From Oligoflexales bacterium (lineage in GTDB: Bacteria; Bdellovibrionota_B; Oligoflexia; Oligoflexales; JAPPIL01): a stretch of 64,000 nucleotides of DNA. A model generated the notes under the pieces. That model had not been told where the DNA came from. It ran no database searches and saw only the letters and a program-made list of their open reading frames with translations. Position 1 is the first letter of the stretch. Each line of letters begins with the position of its first letter. The position numbers and the translations under genes are program-made. This document shows, piece by piece, positions 29,887-38,819 of this stretch. Where the stretch lies: assembly GCA_965226195.1 (NCBI GenBank), contig OZ245333.1:2344275-2408274 (forward strand), read 5' to 3'.

Positions 29887-30568
29887 CAAAAAGTCTTTCG
29901 AACGTAGCGAGCTAGAAAGGGGCATAAAGTCATATGCACGCGACGAGCTAGAAAAATACTGCGAAGCACACAGCACGTCACCTTCGGCGTTATGTGTGGA
30001 AATTGATAATTATACACAGCAGAATTTTGAATTAGCGCGCATGATTATTGGCTCGTGGCAGGCGAGTTTTTTGCAGTTTTTGGTCATGACGACAAAAGCC
30101 AAGCGAGTGTTGGAGATTGGCACGTTCACTGGTTATTCGGCTTTAGCTATGGCAGAGGCTCTGCCTGCGGATGGGGAGTTGATTACTGTTGATGTCAATG
30201 TCGAGACAACGCAACTAGCGCGTTCTTTTTGGGACAAGAGCGCAGCTGGCAAGAAGATTAAGACAGTGACCAAGCCTGCACTTGAAGCGTTGGAGGAGTT
30301 GGCGGGTGAATTTGATCTTGTCTTCATCGATGCTGATAAGGAAAACGTCAAAAACTACTGCGAGCGTGCACTTGCGTTGCTAAGTCGGCATGGTATTGTT
30401 GCCGTTGACAATGCCTTCATGGACGGCGAGGTGCTTAACAGCAGCAATGCATCGAGCGATAGCGTGCGGGCGATGTCTGCATTCAACGATTACATTGCCA
30501 CACGCAAGGATTTACACAAGGTACTCGTCAATATTCGTGATGGGGTTTATCTTATTACTAAAGTTTAG
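29873..30568 (+). CDS. Class I SAM-dependent O-methyltransferase (caffeoyl-CoA OMT-like, family 3)
   Basis: Start at ATG 29873 (SD GAGGAG, 6-nt spacer), overlapping the RND stop by 14 nt. VLEIGTFTGYSALAMAEAL is SAM motif I. Also FDLVFIDADKENV and AVDNAFMDGEV. Confidence 0.8.
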   Translation: MRVSNKKSFERSELERGIKSYARDELEKYCEAHSTSPSALCVEIDNYTQQNFELARMIIGSWQASFLQFLVMTTKAKRVLEIGTFTGYSALAMAEALPADGELITVDVNVETTQLARSFWDKSAAGKKIKTVTKPALEALEELAGEFDLVFIDADKENVKNYCERALALLSRHGIVAVDNAFMDGEVLNSSNASSDSVRAMSAFNDYIATRKDLHKVLVNIRDGVYLITKV

Positions 30569-30577
30569 ATTTATTGT

Positions 30578-30625
30578 GCGGCGGGCAGGCGTATTGCTCA
30601 TTAGCCCGCCGCTGTCTTTCTTTCT
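30578..30625 (+). terminator. Rho-independent terminator between convergent genes
   Basis: GCGGCGGGC (30578-30586) pairs with GCCCGCCGC (30604-30612), followed by TGTCTTTCTTTCT. Confidence 0.55.
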
Positions 30626-31604
30626 ACTTGTTGTAAGTGTCTCGCAGTGCTCCCCTTTTCAACGCTCCCCAAGTTGTGACTAGCTTGTCTCTTGCTTCGA
30701 CTAGGGTTGCATTGCCGCCAATAGTGTTGGCAAAATCAACTGCTGATTGTGGAATACCAGCTGCAAGCCATGTTCGCTGGTCTCGCCTGCCTGTTGGTCG
30801 GCTCTGCACGGCGACTGCGACATCGTTGTGAAAAATAATAGAGCCGAGCGCAACGTGGCCAACGGGGTTACCGCAGGTGGTGAAGCCTACGTTTACCACG
30901 GCAGCTTTTGCATTTGGTTCATGGTTACAAGCCTGCCAGCGCAAGGTGAAGTTATCCGCGGCGATTTCTCCCTCGTTCAAAAGCGAGAGGTAGACAAGGC
31001 GGTAGGTCAATAGCTCCAAATCTACCGCACTGTCGTAAGGATATGCACCGTCCACAGCTATCGAAGGATAAGTGTCGGTCAAGTCCAAGCCTTCAACAGT
31101 TAGGGCAACGACGTTGAAGATACCATCGGTGCTGTCTTCAAAAACCTCTGTAACATTAACGGTGAGATTGTCGGCAATCATGCCATCCCAGCCATAAAGC
31201 GAGACATTATTACCTTCGCCCAGAAATGTTGCCACGAGGGTATTGAGTGCTAACTCACGTCCAATCAAAACGGCATTATTATCTGCATCGCTGCCAACAT
31301 GAATAAAGTGAAAAGCAACATCAGTGCCTGTTTCAGGATTACTTGAGTGCAACAGAACCACACCATGTCGATAGGCTGGGTCTTCCGCGGTAACTTGGCT
31401 GAAGTGTTCCTCACCCCCGACTGCTACTTGTGGTGTGGTCAATGCCAGTCCTGCACCTATAAGCACGCCCATGCCGAAGCGTTGCAGTTTGCTGACGAAT
31501 TCCTTGTTGACCAAACTACGCACACCGTTTTTAACATTGAGGGGGGCTTGTGCGGCCAACTGCACACTGCCCAACAACAACGCTGCTATCATTAATTTAC
31601 GCAT
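30624..31604 (-). CDS. Secreted protein of unknown function, paralogue A (tandem-signal leader, C-terminal TTWGALK motif)
   Basis: 326 aa. SD AGGAGC 7 nt before the ATG. The leader is MRKLMIAALLLGSVQLAAQA, then a linker containing SKLQRF, then MGVLIGAGLALTTPQVAVGG. Alignable with the next gene. Confidence 0.7.
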   Translation of the reverse strand: MRKLMIAALLLGSVQLAAQAPLNVKNGVRSLVNKEFVSKLQRFGMGVLIGAGLALTTPQVAVGGEEHFSQVTAEDPAYRHGVVLLHSSNPETGTDVAFHFIHVGSDADNNAVLIGRELALNTLVATFLGEGNNVSLYGWDGMIADNLTVNVTEVFEDSTDGIFNVVALTVEGLDLTDTYPSIAVDGAYPYDSAVDLELLTYRLVYLSLLNEGEIAADNFTLRWQACNHEPNAKAAVVNVGFTTCGNPVGHVALGSIIFHNDVAVAVQSRPTGRRDQRTWLAAGIPQSAVDFANTIGGNATLVEARDKLVTTWGALKRGALRDTYNK

Positions 31605-31635
31605 AACTAATGCTCCTATGATACAAAATTAAAAA

Positions 31636-32583
31636 CTAATGCCCTGCTTTGATTGTTCCCCAAGTTGTGGACAACTTGCCTCTGCTACTCACAGCAGTTG
31701 CCCCAGTCTGTTGTCCGCTGCTGTATTCTGTGAATGCCTCATGCTGTAACGCAACGTAGCCAGCACGTGCTGCTTCACCATAGAAAGCAACCATCTTGCC
31801 AGTTTCAGGATTAAAGATCGGTGCACCGTGAATAGAATGTATAACATCTGCAGGTGGAGCACAGGTGCTCATGCCTATACCCACATTCCCCCAGCCTTTG
31901 GGGTCGGTAACCTTGCATGTGCGTTGTCGTCGCACCAAGCTGAATAAACTTTCTGGATGTGCTTCGTTTACACCATAAGCCACCATGTTCAGCTCTTTGC
32001 CGAATTCATCGATGGGGTATGGCACTACCATGATCGGTGTGTATCCCTCTCCTAATTCAAGCCCCTCGATAGTGAAGAGGTTGACGACAGTAAAATCATT
32101 GAATGGATCTGGAAAAACCTCGATGTCTGTTCTTTCCACACCATCTGCGAACAGCTGACCGTTGCTACCATATAAGCGCAAATCACCCTGCCATGCGTCG
32201 AGAAAATACATGTAAAGCCCAGCGAAAATGTGCTCGCCCTCAGGGGTATCCCCGATATACAACACGTGCCTTAGTGTAGTGCTGTCCTCCTGATTAGGAG
32301 TCATGTAGAAGACCGAGTTGTAAGACTCCTGCGTCATCTCCTCAGTCCATACCTGCGGTGCGTCAGCTTCGCCCTGTGCCTGCGCGGGCAACTGCTGTGC
32401 TCCTAGCAGCACACTACCAGCGAGCAGCAAGACAGACGCATGTTTCTGCAGCACCGTTCCGATTCCCGCTATACGCACATCAGTGGTCAAAAAACCCGTC
32501 AGCTGCGCCTTAGCCGACACCGCTGTCCCGCCGCCCAACAATGCAGCCAGCACAGCAACTTGCAACACCAGAAACCTGCTCAT
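31636..32583 (-). CDS. Secreted protein of unknown function, paralogue B (tandem-signal leader, C-terminal TTWGTIK motif)
   Basis: Start placed at ATG 32583 (SD GGAGGT, 4-nt spacer), giving MSRFLVLQVAVLAALLGGGTAVSA. Shares LYG..G...A......(V/I)EVF.D....F.VV.L...EGL.L with paralogue A. Confidence 0.7.
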   Translation of the reverse strand: MSRFLVLQVAVLAALLGGGTAVSAKAQLTGFLTTDVRIAGIGTVLQKHASVLLLAGSVLLGAQQLPAQAQGEADAPQVWTEEMTQESYNSVFYMTPNQEDSTTLRHVLYIGDTPEGEHIFAGLYMYFLDAWQGDLRLYGSNGQLFADGVERTDIEVFPDPFNDFTVVNLFTIEGLELGEGYTPIMVVPYPIDEFGKELNMVAYGVNEAHPESLFSLVRRQRTCKVTDPKGWGNVGIGMSTCAPPADVIHSIHGAPIFNPETGKMVAFYGEAARAGYVALQHEAFTEYSSGQQTGATAVSSRGKLSTTWGTIKAGH

Positions 32584-32865
32584 CGATACCTCCGTAGGAG
32601 AAATTAAACCCGACAGACCTGTGTGTTTACATAAACAACACGTGTATGGCAACAGCTAACTTAGGGCGAAAATTAAATTTTATACGGAACAGCACTCATA
32701 ACAAGTGGGAGGAAATTTTTGCCGAGCAAGGCTCGTAGTTAGAGGGTGGGGCAACACAGTAAAAGTGCTGCTATTATCTGTATACGCTAAAGAAATGTGT
32801 GTATTTTATCGATAATATAAGTGTTGTTCGTAAATTTTAGAGGAGGCCACGATAGATAATCTAGC

Positions 32866-33573
32866 GTGGAAGTAAAGTTGATAAAGATACCCGCATGGCT
32901 GAATGAAATTATTATCACTATTACGAGTACTCTCGGTATCGAGCCAAGCCGACTGGTGAAGTTCATAATTACTTCAGTGTTACTAGTAGCAGCTATTGCA
33001 GCTGTTGTTGTGATAATATCTGTGCTGCGATCCTTGCTAAACCGCGACAAGCAGCCTAGCGATTACAACGCCGAAGCAAAGGCACGTGCTCTTAGTGAAG
33101 CCATTAAACCTACCAGTTCTGAATATGAACGCATGATCAACGATGCCATCGAGAATGCTTTGTTCCCTGTATTTAGACATATTAAACGTTTAGAAAATAA
33201 GGTTTTTCCCAAGTCCGAAGATACACAGCAAACAGGGATAGCACAGCATCACGAAGCTGTTTCACCATCAGTAAATACCGCGGCAGCATCGCAACTCTAT
33301 GACGATGTTCAGGATGTTGTATTGCCACAGAAAGAAGCTGTTGTTGAGGAAAGCCAAGCTCAAGACACTGGCTTACATGTAGTGCCACCACCAGAAGAAG
33401 AGGTGGAGCACACAACTATAGCTCCAATTCAAGACAGCGAGCAACAAGAAGCATCACCATCAGAGGGAGATGCTGATACAATCGAAGACCAAGACACTAG
33501 TCAGCATTCTATGTCTTCACCAGAAGAAGATGAGGAACACACAACTATAACTCGCATTCAAGATGCAGGCTAA
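32866..33573 (+). CDS. Membrane-anchored acidic protein with C-terminal direct repeats, unknown function
   Basis: 235 aa from a GTG start. TM helix FIITSVLLVAAIAAVVVIISVL. Acidic tail with repeats EEEVEHTTIAPIQD / EEDEEHTTITRIQD. No good SD seen. Confidence 0.4.
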   Translation: MEVKLIKIPAWLNEIIITITSTLGIEPSRLVKFIITSVLLVAAIAAVVVIISVLRSLLNRDKQPSDYNAEAKARALSEAIKPTSSEYERMINDAIENALFPVFRHIKRLENKVFPKSEDTQQTGIAQHHEAVSPSVNTAAASQLYDDVQDVVLPQKEAVVEESQAQDTGLHVVPPPEEEVEHTTIAPIQDSEQQEASPSEGDADTIEDQDTSQHSMSSPEEDEEHTTITRIQDAG

Positions 33574-33590
33574 CATGCAGTGCCGCTCAG

Positions 33591-33891
33591 TCATATCTTT
33601 AGCCAATAGGTGGCTGGTTGGTGCAGAAACGTCTCAAGCTCAATACCATCACCACCAACTAATAGTGTGCGGGTAGGCTTGAATGTGTCGGTGAAGGCTG
33701 CCATGCCTGCCAACTTACCTTGACGTAATTGGTGACAGATCAGACCGCAACGCTGCATGCGCTGCCAGCGTAGTTTTGCCTACCTGCCGTGCCCCCGCTA
33801 CGACTTGAAGGAAACGACGCGGCTCATTGAGGCGACGCACTAACTCATGCATTTGAGGGCGAGCGTAAGGCATTTCTTGTAATTTACTCAT
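33591..33891 (-). pseudogene. Internally deleted remnant of an AAA+ ATPase gene (DUF4143/AAA_14-type)
   Basis: ATG 33891 opens MSKLQEMPYARPQMHELVRRLNEPRRFLQVVAGARQVGKTTLAAH (Walker A) and stops after 58 codons. In another frame immediately after, KLAGMAAFTDTFKPTRTLLVGGDGIELETFLHQPATYWLKI* matches the usual C-terminus of this family. The middle roughly 300 codons are missing. Confidence 0.6.
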
Positions 33892-33985
33892 CATATTGAG
33901 TAAATTACCTCAATACTTTGAGTAGTGCAAGGAAGCATGCAGCTTCTGCTAAAAATTACAATTGCAGTGTCTACTGCACGTAAGA

Positions 33986-34849
33986 TTAGAGGCGATGTTT
34001 TTCTATCTGGTAGCCATTTTGCCGCAAAATTGTGGCAAAACTGTCGGGATAGTCAAAGAGATGTGCCGCTCCAACGTATATCAAGCACGTTTGGCCATGC
34101 TTACATTTGTTTTGCACAATTCCACTATCGAACCAAGCTTGATCGCGAATAAATTTTTTCATACGACCACCTTCAGTGACAATTTTATCCAGTTGGTCAA
34201 GATCACCCTGTAACCAAGCTGTGCGCATATCTGCTATCTTAGTTTGCAGGCAAGGGACACCACCACAGAGAATGGCTTTTTTTAGATCGTTTATATCTCC
34301 GATTAAAGCTAGTATCGCCTCCCTTAGGAGTCTTGGTGGTATATGCTCGTCAAGCCCGATCATCCTTTTGCCACTATACTCTCCAAAAAGATTGATCTGA
34401 AGGTCTAGTGCTAGCTTTTCCTCCTCTGTGTTAGTAGCGACCAGCTCCAGCATTTTTGTGCTGACATCTTCGACTGTCATGCGATCGAGTTTTTCCTCAC
34501 TGACAGCGGGCAATTGTTGACGTAGTGCCAACCAGTACTGCTCTCCCAACTTGCTGGCCAAGCTGTGACCTGTTGGAGCATTGCTTTTTTCCTCCTCTTG
34601 CAGCTTACGCATCATTGCTTCCGTCGTCATTTCCCCCACATAGATATCTGCTGCTGCAAAGGCGGTGATGACTTCCTGACTAAGATCAGCAAGACCAACT
34701 CCAATATGCATTGTCCCTAACATATAGTGCTTACTGCCATCAGGAGCGGTAACATCGTAAAACGGCGGGCTGCTAACTTCATCGTGATTAGCACCACACT
34801 GCAGCAAAACAGAAGCAATTACCAAAATAAAAAACATTGACCTAATCAT
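33986..34849 (-). CDS. TraB/GumN family protein (lipoprotein-type signal)
   Basis: 287 aa. MIRSMFFILVIASVLLQCG signal/lipobox. HYMLGTMHIGV near the N-terminus and LIYVGAAHLFD near the C-terminus are the family hallmarks (recall). Confidence 0.7.
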   Translation of the reverse strand: MIRSMFFILVIASVLLQCGANHDEVSSPPFYDVTAPDGSKHYMLGTMHIGVGLADLSQEVITAFAAADIYVGEMTTEAMMRKLQEEEKSNAPTGHSLASKLGEQYWLALRQQLPAVSEEKLDRMTVEDVSTKMLELVATNTEEEKLALDLQINLFGEYSGKRMIGLDEHIPPRLLREAILALIGDINDLKKAILCGGVPCLQTKIADMRTAWLQGDLDQLDKIVTEGGRMKKFIRDQAWFDSGIVQNKCKHGQTCLIYVGAAHLFDYPDSFATILRQNGYQIEKHRL

Positions 34850-35654
34850 CTTAAAACCTCACAAACAAAATACATTTTTGATATTATATAAAAAATAAAA
34901 TATTAGTCAACACTTAATTTTGTTTGTATATTGTAATAAGTTATTAACATATTGATTTTAAAGTGTTTTATGCGCAAGAGGCCAAATTAGCACTTCACCT
35001 TAGGTAACTTAGGATAGCGAAATACTCCCAAAAATCGTGAGTAGGATCATATTCCCTGTTGATCTATACTACCATCTGGCTTGGTGGATGTGATGAGCAA
35101 ACATGTTACGAACAGTTTGCCTGTATCGTCATCTTCACCCTTGCAAGCGATTTCCTGAACGTCATCAGGTCAACGATACGTATGTTTTTTCGTAATCACC
35201 GAACGCGGCATAGACATATGCACGGTCAGCAGTTGTGGGGTTGTGTCCCCTGTCAACATGTGCATAAAACGAGCACTAGGCAAATACAGGTGCTCAAGCG
35301 TTCATAAAACCCCTCTAAAACACACTAAAGCTTACTCTACCAACGACCACAGCAGTTTTATGCCGTCGTTCATTTAACTAATGTTTTATGAACGCTGTTC
35401 CGCTTCTAATGCCGTCTACAGAGGCTATACAGGTTACCTCTGGTATTTCTTAATAACACAACAACAGCAAAAAGAGTGCTGTTGTTTCTTAAATAATAAC
35501 ACAACAGTAAAATTGTTGCTGTTGCTTGATTAAAATTTGTGCAATTAGCCTTGATGCAGTGAATTACGCGGTATGATGTAGCACATGGTGGAGTCCCCGT
35601 GTGTCTTTGTGTTATCTTGTTGTTTTACCTGCTTGACTTTAATGGGATAGTTAT

Positions 35655-36629
35655 ATGGCTAGGAAGAAAGGGGCGATGCAGCGCAGGCGTGTGAGTGGGC
35701 ATCCGCATGATGATATTTTTCAAAAAATCTACAAAAATAAGGAATTTGTCAGGGAAATTGTTGCAATAGCTTTTGATGCTGAGGATCTGAAGAAGCTTGA
35801 CTTGTCCAGTGTGAGAATCAAGGAAAGTGCGGCGAGGAACATTGCTGGCAAAAGTCGCAGGCCTGACCTCGTTATTTCTGTTGAACTAAAAGGAAAAGCA
35901 GATGAACCACCTGTTACCATCTGTATAGTTTTTGAGTTCAAGGCGCATAGAGCACATGACGTTATCTTACAGATCAAGGAATATCACACTGAGCTGTGTC
36001 GTCGCACGGGTGGCATCGTCATTCCTATCGTTTTGCTGTGTTGCGAGGACGAGAGTTTCGACCCACCAAGTGACTACAACAGCTGGGTATTCAGAAACAG
36101 AGGGATACCTGCAGCAGTGCAGTCGCTCTCACATCTCAATCCTAATTTTTTCTGTAAAATCATAAACTTACACAAATTACCCGAAAGTGTTCTGCGGAGA
36201 GCCAAGTCTACCGCTGTTGTTATCGAGGCTATCCGCCGTTTTTGGCGGGCAACCGAGGACGATGTAGTATTATTGTTGGAAAAAGCAAGGCAAATTCCAG
36301 CTGTACATAAAGGTATTGTGATGATTCCATTAATAGATTATTATGAACATACCGATAAGGGATTTGGAAGGAAGGCGTTTGACCGAATTGAGCGAGAACA
36401 CTGGCCAAACCTACACGAAAAGGAGAGGCTTATGCCAACAATAGAGTTTAGCCTCGACAAGGCGGAGAAGCGTGGCATCGAACAGGGGCTTACTGAAGGC
36501 ATCGAGCAGAAGCAGCGGGATGCTGCCGAGCGAATGTTGGCACGGGGCATGCCTGATGACCAGATTTGTGATGTTCTACAGCTCAGTGCAAAAGAGCTAG
36601 CCGATATCAAGCGTGAGTTGAAGCGCTGA
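35655..36629 (+). CDS. Rpn-family recombination-promoting nuclease / putative transposase (YhgA-like, PD-(D/E)xK)
   Basis: 324 aa. N-terminal HPHDDIFQKIYKNKEFVREIV. The nuclease core is RRPDLVISV...ICIVFEFKAH (D...ExK). The C-terminal helical module is EQGLTEGIEQKQRDAAERMLARGMPDDQICDVLQLS. Confidence 0.75.
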   Translation: MARKKGAMQRRRVSGHPHDDIFQKIYKNKEFVREIVAIAFDAEDLKKLDLSSVRIKESAARNIAGKSRRPDLVISVELKGKADEPPVTICIVFEFKAHRAHDVILQIKEYHTELCRRTGGIVIPIVLLCCEDESFDPPSDYNSWVFRNRGIPAAVQSLSHLNPNFFCKIINLHKLPESVLRRAKSTAVVIEAIRRFWRATEDDVVLLLEKARQIPAVHKGIVMIPLIDYYEHTDKGFGRKAFDRIEREHWPNLHEKERLMPTIEFSLDKAEKRGIEQGLTEGIEQKQRDAAERMLARGMPDDQICDVLQLSAKELADIKRELKR

Positions 36630-36900
36630 CTTTGCCGCCAGCAAGAGATTTTAGCTCTACAGCGCTACTACGAGTTGCAAACCTGCCAGCTTGTCATTCA
36701 GTAAAGGCATGACAGAGAACGGCAGCTTAGTTTGTTTGGCAGTGATTCCAGTGATACGGTAGTGAGCAGAGCTTGGAGTCACTATTTCTGCAAAAGATGT
36801 GGCATTTGCCATGACTAAAACAATAGACCCTTATAGGAGTGTGTGACCAGCCATCACGTGCCTCCGGCAAAGCAAAGTAAGCCTGTGATTAAATCTTTCA

Positions 36901-37200
36901 CTATATATCTCCTTCTCCTTCTTTTAGGCACAGATAGATGACTGCCCTAATTTGTTGTTGATTGAGGTAAACGTGAATTGTATGCGTTGATAGATTCTCA
37001 ACGTAGATATTCACTTTTCCATTGTCCACTACCCGTCTTAACCGCTCGCATACCTCCCTATTGCTGTTGGCGAACAGGTATTGTGGGTGGCGGGGGAAGA
37101 CAGAGCCAGCTACCCAGTCATGGATCTGCCGTGGCCCCGGCATGGCGAAGTAGGCGATCCAGATGAAGCTAAACATCACGATTACACGCTTGGTACGCAT
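36901..37200 (-). CDS. Small secreted partner protein of pilin cassette A
   Basis: 99 aa. Its ATG shares one nucleotide with the pilin TGA (TGATG), implying translational coupling. Signal anchor VIVMFSFIWIAYFAMPGP. Homologous to 38517-38819 (YFA.PGP, LFANS, two conserved Cys). Confidence 0.65.
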   Translation of the reverse strand: MRTKRVIVMFSFIWIAYFAMPGPRQIHDWVAGSVFPRHPQYLFANSNREVCERLRRVVDNGKVNIYVENLSTHTIHVYLNQQQIRAVIYLCLKEGEGDI

Positions 37201-37853
37201 CAGTTATCGCAACCCTCGACGATATCCCAGTAGTTGTCGAGATTTCTTCCATGATCCATGCACCAAGCGTCTCCTTCGCCCCCGGCGGGTTTTGTTACGT
37301 CGGTAGCACCGGCTACACCAGCTGGATCTACGCAAGGGTTAACTGCGGAGGTAGCTACGCCATCCGCTGGTTGTCGAGCATCTCTGCTAACAAGTGTGCC
37401 ATTGCAGCCGGGAAAGATGCGTTTGCCCGCTGTTATGTCGGAAGGAGCATAAGAAATTGCTAGAAAATCATTTTCCCGCCCGCCAGCCATCCAATAGCTG
37501 TAGCGTGCTTTGCCGCAGTTAGCTAAGCGAAAACCAAGCTTGTTTACCCCGCAACTGCCAGCTCCAACGCCCTTGTGATAACCATCCGACGATGACAAGT
37601 CCTTCATGTCAGAGCCGCCCCACTTAACTTTATCTCCGTCATAATAGCTTTCATATTCAATAGAAAAAGATTCTTGCAAAGTAAAGATAACCCCCAGATT
37701 AGTCTTCGCCTCCGCCTGTCTTGCGCGCGCCCGGAAGATGTTAAAGCGAGGCACTGCGACAGTTGCCAAAATGCCGAGGATGGCCACCACGACCATCAGT
37801 TCTAGCAGCGAGAAGCCAAGCGGCTTTCTCATCCAATTTTTATAAGCACTCAT
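37200..37853 (-). CDS. Type IV pilin-like protein, cassette A
   Basis: Start placed at ATG 37853, because GGTGGAGGA lies inside the longer listed ORF. Class III signal MSAYKNWMRKPLG/FSLLELMVVVAILGILA (G-1, F+1, E+5). Six Cys in the C-terminal domain. Confidence 0.85.
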   Translation of the reverse strand: MSAYKNWMRKPLGFSLLELMVVVAILGILATVAVPRFNIFRARARQAEAKTNLGVIFTLQESFSIEYESYYDGDKVKWGGSDMKDLSSSDGYHKGVGAGSCGVNKLGFRLANCGKARYSYWMAGGRENDFLAISYAPSDITAGKRIFPGCNGTLVSRDARQPADGVATSAVNPCVDPAGVAGATDVTKPAGGEGDAWCMDHGRNLDNYWDIVEGCDN

Positions 37854-38030
37854 TTTATCCTCCACCATTTATGAAGATTTACATAAGTCACTAACTTTAG
37901 TTCTCTATAAAACAGTTCGGCGTTTTTTTTTTGCCATTAGCTTTTTTTTAAGTACTAAAAATCTCAACAGGTTATGGCTTGTTTTTATCTGATCCTATAG
38001 CGGCATAAGGGTAGGCAACTGGTGTGGTTT

Positions 38031-38065
38031 CTTCCCCGTACTGTTGATAGGAACACACGGGGAAG
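38031..38065. repeat. Conserved hairpin element upstream of pilin cassette A (CTTCCCCGT-15 nt-ACGGGGAAG)
   Basis: 9-bp stem, 15-17 nt loop. The same element with a 10-bp stem lies at 39637-39671. A half copy with an inverted loop lies at 58176-58197. Confidence 0.7.
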
Positions 38066-38146
38066 GCAGGTGTGTAGTGCTGACTACTGGAAAAGGTGGA
38101 GATTTATGGCATGAAGGCAGGCAGGAGCACCTATACTACCAGCTAT

Positions 38147-38255
38147 CTACCACCTAACAATGCCACCGGGAAAGCTTTCAAGCTCAAGTGCTTCCAGCAG
38201 CTCTGCGTGCAAATTTGGTTTGATAAGGTCTTGACACTCGTGCCACAAGAGGCGG
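38147..38255 (-). pseudogene. 3'-terminal remnant of a paralogue of the 257-aa gene (40204-40977)
   Basis: The reverse strand reads ...ECQDLIKPNLHAELLEALELESFPGGIVRW*. The intact gene reads ...HEYQDLIKPSLQTELLEALELDSLPGGILGN. No upstream coding continuation. Confidence 0.65.
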
Positions 38256-38516
38256 TCATCCTTAGTCCATCAGGACTTTTTTTAGTGGATAACCGTTTCG
38301 GGACGCAGAAAAACACGTCATAATTGACGTGATCAACAACTGCAAATCCCACGGAGGTTTATTTTATTCACATTTTGTTTACAATATGTAAGCTTTTTGT
38401 GCCCTAATTAAACTAGGGAGTGGAAGGTTGAATCGTGGCTGGAAAAATTTCAACAAAAAAAGACCGAGCAACTAAGATTAATGCTTTCATGACTTCTCCT
38501 TGTTTAATGTTTTTAT

Positions 38517-38819
38517 TTATTTTGGTTTTAATCCGTCTGCTGTTAACGATCTACAGACGCGAATCAAGTTGTCTGTTTGATGTGGTGTGAAACTAATCTG
38601 CAATTCATACTGATCTGAATTATCGATAAATATACGATTACCGATATTGTCATCGACATAGCGCAACAGTATGCGACGACAAGCCTGCCATTCAGAATTT
38701 GCGAACAGGCTGTGCGCAGGTGACGCGCCGTTGAACAACAACTCCGGGCCAGGACAGGCAAAGTAGGTAAGCCATGCAAGGCCTACCCACAGAGACTTGC
38801 GTTGCAGCGCATCATTCAC
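38517..38819 (-). CDS. Small secreted partner protein of pilin cassette B
   Basis: Start placed at GTG 38819, overlapping the pilin stop (GTGAATGA), which gives about 100 aa. LWVGLAWLTYFACPGPE...SLFANSEWQACRRIL is homologous to 36901-37200. The listed 133-aa ORF start lies inside the pilin gene. Confidence 0.6.
   Translation of the reverse strand: MNDALQRKSLWVGLAWLTYFACPGPELLFNGASPAHSLFANSEWQACRRILLRYVDDNIGNRIFIDNSDQYELQISFTPHQTDNLIRVCRSLTADGLKPK

Noticed and set aside
35059-35307. 82-aa ORF in the AT-rich gap before the Rpn gene
   Set aside because: It has a TTG start, no SD, a Cys/His-rich odd composition and no homology signal.
37905-37945. Sigma-54 (-24/-12) promoter in the pilin leader (TGGC-A10-CGCC on the minus strand)
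   Set aside because: The GG-to-GC spacing is 12 nt instead of the required 10, and the TTGC element is absent.
38413-38490. 25-codon ORF (MKALILVARSFFVEIFPATIQPSTP) with a strong AAGGAG SD between the two pilin cassettes
   Set aside because: It is too short and unsupported to call a gene. It may be the N-terminal remnant of the deleted 257-aa-family paralogue. It is mentioned under the cassette finding.
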